In this document: piece after piece, positions 10,032-16,850 of the stretch
Position numbering within the stretch: position 1 is the first letter of the stretch
How the letters are laid out: each line of letters starts with the position of its first letter
Assembly: GCA_947253155.1 (NCBI GenBank)
Contig: CAMXYK010000005.1
Coordinates: 472-64,471, forward strand
Origin: an uncultured Bifidobacteriaceae bacterium
GTDB lineage: Bacteria; Actinomycetota; Actinomycetes; Actinomycetales; Bifidobacteriaceae
DNA: 64,000 nt
Reading direction: 5' to 3'
Translations under genes and position numbers: made by a program
Notes under the pieces: generated by a model
What the model was told of the DNA's origin: nothing
The model's database searches: none
What the model saw: only the letters and a program-made list of their open reading frames with translations

Positions 10032-10454
10032 ATGAATTTAGCAGATGTGCAAATAAAAGAGTATGAAAAGTATAATAGCGAGGATATTTTAAGGCTGTAT
10101 GGTTCCGTTGGTTGGTCTGCATATACAGATGATTTAGCTTCTTTGGAAAATGGTTTTAACAATTCGCTAAAGGTTTTAGCTGCTTATAAAAATGATGAGC
10201 TAGTTGGCATTGTTAGGGCTGTTGGTGACGGATACACGGTTGTTTTTATACAGGATATTATCGTTTTGCCTGAGTATCAAAGGCAGGGGATAGGGTCTGC
10301 TTTGTTAAAGGCGATTGTGGATTGTTATCCTAATGTTCGTCAAATTCAATTGACCACGGATTGTACTGAAAAAACTATTGCTTTTTATAAGTCTGCTGGT
10401 TTTATTGAGTTTTCAGAAATTGATTGCTGCGGTTTTATAAAAGACAGAACATGA
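10032..10454 (+). CDS. GNAT family N-acetyltransferase
   Basis: VLPEYQRQGIGSAL acetyl-CoA motif, FYKSAGF; GGAGG RBS. Confidence 0.85.
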   Translation: MNLADVQIKEYEKYNSEDILRLYGSVGWSAYTDDLASLENGFNNSLKVLAAYKNDELVGIVRAVGDGYTVVFIQDIIVLPEYQRQGIGSALLKAIVDCYPNVRQIQLTTDCTEKTIAFYKSAGFIEFSEIDCCGFIKDRT

Positions 10455-10664
10455 TGCAAGCAAGCATTGCGCATAAATGTGTTTAGGCATTACGTATAAG
10501 TGTTATTAAGCATGATAAGTGTGATAATGTAGATTTCAATGCTTTGTAGCGAGCGAATCGGCAAAATGGAAACGAAAATGCTAGCTGCGAAAATGCTATT
10601 AGCGAAAAATAGCAAAAATATCAAAAATAGCAAATAGATATAAAGGAAGTGAGAGGTAGCGAGA

Positions 10665-12467
10665 ATGAGCAAGACTGACGACGCGGAAAATCAGAATTCA
10701 TCCGCAAGTCAAAATACTGCGTCAAATCAGCAATCGCCTGCGAATCAGCAATCATCTAAACTACATCCCGACGTAAAAAATTACGTAAAACTATTTTTCA
10801 AAGAAAACAAGCTTGTAGCTTTTCTTTCGATGATAGTTTTTATTGCCTTGTCTATGATTTACACTGCTATTTCTTGGATTTTGCAAATTATTTTCGACTA
10901 TATGGCAGGTAAAGAAGCTTTTTCTTTAACTATTATTTTGCTGCTTGTCGTTTCCTTTATGCTGGCAATCTCCCTGATTTTCGCATTGAAGCGCAGCGCG
11001 TACCCTCGCTTTCTTGAAAAAGCAATGAATCAGTATAAAGAGTCTGTTATCAAGAAGCTTTTAAAGAAGAGTTATAGTGATTTTTCGCTTGCGAATTCTG
11101 GCACGTATCTTTCTGTGCTTACTAATGATTGCGAGCGTATTCAAGAAAAGTATTTGAAGAAGATTTTTGACTTTGTTCAAGACGTTCTTATGCTTGTAAG
11201 CTCTCTGGCTCTTATGATTTATTATAGTCCATTGCTCACTGTTATTGCTCTTATTATTTCTGTGCTTCCAATGGCGTGCTCGATTCTTACAGCTAACGGA
11301 ATTGCCACTCGCGAGGAGCAGGTTTCTAAGTCGAACGAGTCTTATACAGCCTTAACGAAGGATGTTTTGAACGGCGTTTCGGTTATTAAGAGTTTTAAGG
11401 CGGAGCAAGAGGTTATTAACCGTTATCAGAATCAGTCGATGGAGCTTGAGCATACGAAGAATCTTCGCGAAAAAACGATGACTACTGTTTCTGCTCTTGG
11501 TACTATTTCCAGCCTTGGAACTCAGATTGGCGTGATGCTTATTGGTGCTTGGATGGTTAACGCTCATATTGGTGTTATTACTGCTGGAATGGTGTTAGCT
11601 TTCACTAATTTGATGAATGGCGTACTTCAGCCTATTGCAAGTCTTCCGCAAATGCTTGGCGAGATGAAGGGTGCCAAGAAGCTTATTGGCAAGATGGCTG
11701 ACTATATGAGTAATGCTAAAGAGGATTCTGGCGAGATCATTGACGATTCTATTAAAAGCGTTGTTTTGCGCGATGTTTCGTACGCTTATGACGCGGATCA
11801 TAAAGTCTTGAAAAATGTAAATCTAACTTTGCAAGCTGGAAAATCTTATGCAATAGTAGGACCAAGTGGCGCTGGTAAGAGTAGTTTGATTAATCTGCTT
11901 ATGGGCTACTACAAGGATTATGAGGGTAGTGTGCAGCTGAATAATCACGAGCTTAGCAATGTGAGCAAGAGTTCGCTTTACGATAAGACGACTCTTATGC
12001 AGCAGTCTGTGTTTATGTTTGATGCTTCGATTTTAGATAATATTACGCTTTTTAAGCCGTTCCCGGAGGTGGAAGTGGATCGCGTGATTCACTTGGCTGG
12101 TTTGGATGATTTGATTGCTTCTAAAGGCAAGGATTATCAGTGTGGCGAGAATGGTAGTCATCTTTCTGGCGGCGAAAAGCAGCGTATTGCTATTGCGCGA
12201 AGTTTGCTTAAAAAGTCCGAGATTCTGCTGGTTGATGAGGCAACGAGCGCGTTAGATAACGAGACGAGCGCGAACGTAACGCAATCTATTTTGGATTTGC
12301 AAGGAATTCTTCGACTTGTTGTAACTCACCGCTTGGATGCTAATTCGCTTAAGCAATATGATGAGATTCTCGTGATGAAAAGCGGCGAGCTTATTGAGCG
12401 TGGAAACTTTGAGGAGCTCATGAATCAGAAGGCTTACTTCTACTCGCTTTACACTGTGTCTATGTGA
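10665..12467 (+). CDS. ABC exporter, fused permease and ATPase
   Basis: N-terminal TM domain; GPSGAGKS, LSGGEKQR, LLVDEATSALD. Confidence 0.9.
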   Translation: MSKTDDAENQNSSASQNTASNQQSPANQQSSKLHPDVKNYVKLFFKENKLVAFLSMIVFIALSMIYTAISWILQIIFDYMAGKEAFSLTIILLLVVSFMLAISLIFALKRSAYPRFLEKAMNQYKESVIKKLLKKSYSDFSLANSGTYLSVLTNDCERIQEKYLKKIFDFVQDVLMLVSSLALMIYYSPLLTVIALIISVLPMACSILTANGIATREEQVSKSNESYTALTKDVLNGVSVIKSFKAEQEVINRYQNQSMELEHTKNLREKTMTTVSALGTISSLGTQIGVMLIGAWMVNAHIGVITAGMVLAFTNLMNGVLQPIASLPQMLGEMKGAKKLIGKMADYMSNAKEDSGEIIDDSIKSVVLRDVSYAYDADHKVLKNVNLTLQAGKSYAIVGPSGAGKSSLINLLMGYYKDYEGSVQLNNHELSNVSKSSLYDKTTLMQQSVFMFDASILDNITLFKPFPEVEVDRVIHLAGLDDLIASKGKDYQCGENGSHLSGGEKQRIAIARSLLKKSEILLVDEATSALDNETSANVTQSILDLQGILRLVVTHRLDANSLKQYDEILVMKSGELIERGNFEELMNQKAYFYSLYTVSM

Positions 12468-12489
12468 GGTTGTTACGCTGGTTTGCTTT

Positions 12490-12834
12490 CAATGCGCTGT
12501 GCAATTTCGAGGTCTGTAGAGACACGCGTGCAGATTGCGTTCTGCGCTAGTGTCTGATTTTGCTTATTTTTTGACATTGGTGCAGTTTGTTTTCTGCGCG
12601 AAGGTCTGATTTTGCTTATTTTTTGACATTGGTGCAGTTGGCGCTCGCGCTGATTACGCTCGCGCGAGAAACTCGCGTTGGAAGTCCACTGGACTTCCAA
12701 CTTAAGCGAGTTTCCGCTCCGAGTTGCCTTCGCGTGCTACGCTCTATGCGCTCAGGCAGGTCGTCGCGCTGCGCGAAGGTCTGATTTTGCTTATTTTTTG
12801 ACATTGGTGCAGTTTGTTTTCTGCGCGAAGGTCT
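12490..12834 (+). repeat. Composite repeat: family A copy plus three 52-bp-type units, the middle one carrying a GC-rich palindromic insert
   Basis: GTCTGATTTTGCTTATTTTTTGACATTGGTGCAGTT at 12552, 12604 and 12779; 12640-12768 replaces TGTTTT in unit 2. Confidence 0.85.
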
Positions 12835-12845
12835 CTGTTTGGTAT

Positions 12846-12893
12846 AAGTAGCCATTAAGTGCAAATTCGCAGCGATTGGTTACTTTGTGATTT
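12846..12893 (+). repeat. Palindromic repeat family B, copy 1
   Basis: AAGTAGCCATTAAGTGCAAATTCGCAGCGATTGGTTACTTTGTGATTT; similar copies at 14833 and 16622. Confidence 0.8.
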
Positions 12894-13189
12894 GTTTTTA
12901 TAAAAAAGATATGAGTTTGCGATTTTAAAATTTAGCAAAATAAATTTTATGCAGAATCTGTTTTTATTTAATGATTTTGTGTAATTTAGATTGTATAGAG
13001 TTAGAGAAAAGGCATATATGGAACAGTTTAAACAGTATGACTCGAATAATCGAGATGACTATGAATCTAATGATCAGAATCAGCCAAGTTTAAACGATGA
13101 TACTGTAAATTCAAATGTCTACAACGTTGTGCATAAAGATTCGCAGAATATGTCAAAGAATGCCGAGTGATTTATAAAAGGGAGATGAC

Positions 13190-14176
13190 ATGAATGTAAA
13201 ATATGGTAGCGTATTTACAAATCCAGAAGTTTTAAACAGACTCGCGCGAATAGAACAATCTCCCCAAATACAAGGAAAATTAAACGAGTTAAAAGAAGGC
13301 GTAAAAAATAACTCTTTTGATTTCGCGCGCTTAATCCCATTGATACCAGTAGTAATGGTTTTTGGCGCTTTATATAATTATTTTCCAAATATTGATTACT
13401 CTCGTTACAAATATTATTTGCTAATAGTAGGTGTTTTTGTTGTTTGCTTTGCAGGTAAGTTTTTTGTAAATAATAAGGTTGATGTAGATACTTTATATTC
13501 GGATAATGTCTTAACGCCGATTTTTAATGCGATTCTGCCTGGAACAGTATTAAAAAATTCCGAAGGAATTGACAGCAGTATTTTTAATAATCTTCTGCCA
13601 ATATCGAGTAGGTATTATTCAAATACACACATAATTTTTGGCGATGAATTTAAAACTGAATTTTCAAATATGCAAGCAATGCACTTTTCTAGAAGTGAAA
13701 GTGGAAAAACTGTCAAAAAAACGGATTTTATTGGACAAGTCTTATTAATAAACTCAAAAACCAACATAAATGGCCACATTAGAATCGTCCCAGTTACTGG
13801 AAAGAACTTTATGGGGCAAAAACTAAATGGATACTATGGTAAAAAAACAAAAGAGGAGAGTGAAGTTCAAACAGAATCTATTGAATTTAATAACTCGTAT
13901 TCAATCTTTTCTACAGACGATTTTTATACAAAACTGGTATTAGATCCAACACTTATAGAACTATTGAATAATTTGCAAAAAAGAATGCGAGTTTGCTTGT
14001 ACCTAGATAGTGAGCGTATTGTTGCAGCCTTTGATTCTGGTCGGTATTTATTTGGCGCTCCAGGAAAATCTGGTGTAGAAAACTTATCTTTAGCAAGAGA
14101 ATACTCAAAATTTAGAGATGTTTTGGCTGAGTATTACGAAATAATTAACGTAATTAGAGAGAAATTACAAAAGTAG
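13190..14176 (+). CDS. Membrane protein, DUF3137-like
   Basis: Two N-terminal TM helices, ESIEFNNSYSIFSTD motif, directly upstream of lemA. Confidence 0.6.
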   Translation: MNVKYGSVFTNPEVLNRLARIEQSPQIQGKLNELKEGVKNNSFDFARLIPLIPVVMVFGALYNYFPNIDYSRYKYYLLIVGVFVVCFAGKFFVNNKVDVDTLYSDNVLTPIFNAILPGTVLKNSEGIDSSIFNNLLPISSRYYSNTHIIFGDEFKTEFSNMQAMHFSRSESGKTVKKTDFIGQVLLINSKTNINGHIRIVPVTGKNFMGQKLNGYYGKKTKEESEVQTESIEFNNSYSIFSTDDFYTKLVLDPTLIELLNNLQKRMRVCLYLDSERIVAAFDSGRYLFGAPGKSGVENLSLAREYSKFRDVLAEYYEIINVIREKLQK

Positions 14177-14203
14177 AAAAAGATTAGAACTAAAGGTGAC
14201 ATT

Positions 14204-14794
14204 ATGGGAGACATTATGAGTGACATTATGGAAGACCTTATTGATAGGGACACTATGTTAATAGTTGTTGCGATAGCGGTTGTAGCGCTTATTGCCTGGT
14301 TTATAGGCACGTTAAATAGGCTAAGAAAATATAGGGTGATTATAGAAGAGTCGCAGAAAAACGTTGATATTGCGCTCGCTAAAAGATACGATACGATTTG
14401 CCAAATGTTCAAAGTTGCTCAGTCGTTTGCAAAGTATGAAAAAACAACATTAGTGGATTTGGTGAGTTTAAGAGAAGGATTGGGTTCTGCGGATTCTAGT
14501 TCGGTAATCAAAAATCAGAATCATGCAATAGGGAAGATTTATGCTTTGGCGGAAGCTTATCCGGAATTGAAGTCTTCTGAACAATTTTTGAACTTGCAGG
14601 AAGAAATAAACGACGAAAACGAGCAGCTGGCGGCGGCAAAAAGAATTGTTAATAGTAATATCAGCACGCTTAATCAAAACATTGTTACATTCCCAGTTTC
14701 ACTTATTGCAGATTTAAGCGGAATAAAGCAGATGGATTTTCTTAGTGAGGATGATTTAAGCAATAAGAAGAATATAGATAGCATATTGGGTTAG
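14204..14794 (+). CDS. lemA: LemA family protein (start ambiguous because of a 12-bp ATG-containing tandem repeat)
   Basis: VDIALAKRYD, AEAYPELKSSEQFLNLQEEI, FPVSLIA; N-terminal TM helix. Confidence 0.85.
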   Translation: MGDIMSDIMEDLIDRDTMLIVVAIAVVALIAWFIGTLNRLRKYRVIIEESQKNVDIALAKRYDTICQMFKVAQSFAKYEKTTLVDLVSLREGLGSADSSSVIKNQNHAIGKIYALAEAYPELKSSEQFLNLQEEINDENEQLAAAKRIVNSNISTLNQNIVTFPVSLIADLSGIKQMDFLSEDDLSNKKNIDSILG

Positions 14795-14832
14795 ATGGAA
14801 TATTGAGCTGGGTGGCCTATAACCCGTTTATG

Positions 14833-14880
14833 AAGTAGCCAATCGTTGTAAATTTGCAGCGATTGGCTACTTTGTGATTT
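14833..14880 (+). repeat. Palindromic repeat family B, copy 2
   Basis: 40-nt palindrome AAGTAGCCAATCGTTGTAAA/TTTGCAGCGATTGGCTACTT with two G-T pairs, followed by a T-rich tail. Confidence 0.8.
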
Positions 14881-14959
14881 TTGCGTACTAATGCGTGTAT
14901 TTGCATATAGGATTGAGTTGCTTGTAGGATGGAGCTGATCGTATGAAGGAGTTGATTAT

Positions 14960-15769
14960 ATGACAGAATATGATTTGCCGATTTTAGAGTATGATTTCGA
15001 TAAAAGCGCGGTTATTATGCCAAATCACGATAATATTTCTGTTCAGCTTCCATCTAAAGCGGTTTTTGCTTTCTTAGGCGATGAAATCGATCAGTATGCT
15101 TTAAGTAGAAAAGCTACGATTGTAGCAAATTTTGAATCTGCAACTAAAGTATATCCAATATATGTTTTGGAAGAAAAAGTAAAGAAAAAAGTAAGGGAAG
15201 ACGCAAACAGCGAAGTAGAAGAAGAAACGCAAAAAATCTGCTTAGTACAGGCTCCAGTTGGCGCTCCTGCTGCTGTTCAGATTTTAGATTGGTTGATTTC
15301 TTACGGCGTTAGGGAAGTTGTTAGTGCTGGTTCTTGCGGATCGTTAGTTGATTATGCAGAAAATGTTTTTCTGGTTCCGTATAAAGCTTTAAGGGATGAG
15401 GGAACTTCTTATCATTATTTGCCTCCAAGTCGTTATGTTGATGTTTCAGAGCGCTCGAGGCGTGCTATTTTGCAAACTTTGCAAGCGCATAATTTGCCTT
15501 ATTATGAGGTTAAGACGTGGACTACGGATGGGTTTTTCCGTGAAACTAAGACGAAAGTTGCTAATCGTAAGCAGGAGGGGTGCGCGGTTGTTGAAATGGA
15601 ATGTTCTGCTTTAGCGGCTTGTGCGCAAATGCGTGAGATTGTTTGGGGTGAGATCCTTTACACTGCAGATACTTTGCATGATGTTGAAAATTATGATGAG
15701 CGTAATTGGGGCGGGGATTCTAAAGCGTATGCGCTTGAGCTTTGTATTGAAGCAGTGTTGCGCATTTGA
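14960..15769 (+). CDS. Nucleoside phosphorylase (PNP/UDP family)
   Basis: GSCG, ALRDEGTSYHY, WTTDGFFRET, VVEMECSAL. Confidence 0.85.
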   Translation: MTEYDLPILEYDFDKSAVIMPNHDNISVQLPSKAVFAFLGDEIDQYALSRKATIVANFESATKVYPIYVLEEKVKKKVREDANSEVEEETQKICLVQAPVGAPAAVQILDWLISYGVREVVSAGSCGSLVDYAENVFLVPYKALRDEGTSYHYLPPSRYVDVSERSRRAILQTLQAHNLPYYEVKTWTTDGFFRETKTKVANRKQEGCAVVEMECSALAACAQMREIVWGEILYTADTLHDVENYDERNWGGDSKAYALELCIEAVLRI

Positions 15770-15832
15770 TACGTTCATGCTGATGCTACATATGAAATCA
15801 GCATAAACGTGCTGTTAAGTAGATGTGCTTTG

Positions 15833-15911
15833 ATTGCAGACTCCCATTAGCGTAATAGTGATAGAGTAAAGTTTATATAATTCATCCAATCGTGCTAATA
15901 TGAGTTACAAT
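15833..15911. promoter_or_regulatory. Imperfect 23-24 bp inverted repeat, candidate AbiEi operator
   Basis: ATTGCAGACTCCCATTAGCGTAAT and ATCGTGCTAATATGAGTTACAAT flank a TATAAT just upstream of abiEi. Confidence 0.5.
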
Positions 15912-15913
15912 AT

Positions 15914-16519
15914 ATGCACGAAAGGATGGTGAGTGTTATCGCTACATTATTAAATGCTAATAGCAGCAATATGCTTACTTTAAAAGAAGCAAAATCTTGC
16001 GGACTGTCAAAATATAAGTTTTATAAATTTGTTAAAGATAATGAACTAGAACAGTTAAGCGGTGGAATATACGCGTCTAAAGACTCCTGGGTAGATGAGT
16101 TGCTTCTTATTCATAAGCGTTCACCATCTGCTGTTTTTTCTCACGACGAAGCTTTCTTTTATCATGGATTGGTTGATATGGAGCCAATTACTCACACTAT
16201 TACTGTTTACAGTGGTTTTAATGCTCATCGGCTGAAAGCGTCGTGCAATGTGAAAGTTTATAGCGTAAAAAAGGAATTGCTTGAAGTCGGAAAGATTTTA
16301 GTCACGGATAATCTCGGTAATAAAGTGCCAATGTATAATCTCGAAAGAACTGTCTGTGACGCGTTTAGAAGCAGAAATTTAATTGAGATTCAGGAATTTA
16401 ATACAATCTTAAAATCTTATATTGCTAGACCAGACAAAGATCTCAATTTGTTGATGGAATATGCGAAACTTTTTAGAGTAAACAATGTTGTTCGCAAGTA
16501 TTTTGAGGTGTTACTATAA
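15914..16519 (+). CDS. Type IV toxin-antitoxin antitoxin, AbiEi family
   Basis: N-terminal wHTH-like region with GIY, FSHDEAFFYHGL, YNLERTVCD, L..YAKLFRV. Confidence 0.8.
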   Translation: MHERMVSVIATLLNANSSNMLTLKEAKSCGLSKYKFYKFVKDNELEQLSGGIYASKDSWVDELLLIHKRSPSAVFSHDEAFFYHGLVDMEPITHTITVYSGFNAHRLKASCNVKVYSVKKELLEVGKILVTDNLGNKVPMYNLERTVCDAFRSRNLIEIQEFNTILKSYIARPDKDLNLLMEYAKLFRVNNVVRKYFEVLL

Positions 16520-16612
16520 GTGGGTTTAACGGATGCACAAATAAGAGGTAGAATCAAAAACCTCGCAGAACAAAATAGCGCAGATCCTCGCGTGCTAATG
16601 CGTCTAACGTAG
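16520..16612 (+). pseudogene. 5' remnant of AbiEii nucleotidyltransferase toxin
   Basis: GTG directly after the antitoxin stop; MGLTDAQIRGRIKNLAEQNSADPRVLMRLT* resembles AbiEii N-termini; the rest is absent. Confidence 0.65.
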
Positions 16613-16621
16613 ACATGAGCT

Positions 16622-16753
16622 AGTGGCCATTAAGTGCAAATTTGCAGCGATTGGCTACTTTGAGATTGGCTACTTTGAGATTGGCTACTTTGAGATTGGC
16701 TACTTTGCTGTTGGCTGATTTGAGATTGACTGATTTGCGATTGGTTGATTGGT
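16622..16753 (+). repeat. Family B copy 3 with 15-bp tandem expansion (GATTGGCTACTTTGA) of its right arm
   Basis: About four near-exact units from 16649, then three degenerate units. Confidence 0.85.
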
Positions 16754-16760
16754 GCTTAAA

Positions 16761-16803
16761 AATAAACGCCAGGGAGTTTATTTCAACTCGACTGGCGTTT
16801 ATT
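16761..16803. terminator. Likely bidirectional terminator
   Basis: AATAAACGCCAG..CTGGCGTTTATT between convergent genes. Confidence 0.65.
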
Positions 16804-16850
16804 AGTTATTTGCGTTTATTGGTTACTTGCGTTATTCGCTAGTTGCGTTT

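Noticed and set aside
12552..12830. CRISPR array (three exact 36-nt repeats)
   Set aside because: Intervening sequences are 16 and 139 nt, the 16-mer recurs identically after the third repeat, and no cas genes are present; it is a tandem repeat with an insert
12473..12864. Three short ORFs across the repeat region
   Set aside because: They overlap each other over palindromic repeats and show no RBS or recognisable motif
9843..16753. Canonical integron with attC sites
   Set aside because: No integron integrase in the window and no clear RYYYAAC/GTTRRRY ends on the repeats; kept only as an analogy
16642..16842. ORF with LRLAT repeats
   Set aside because: Translation artefact of the 15-bp tandem repeat; no RBS and it spans a terminator
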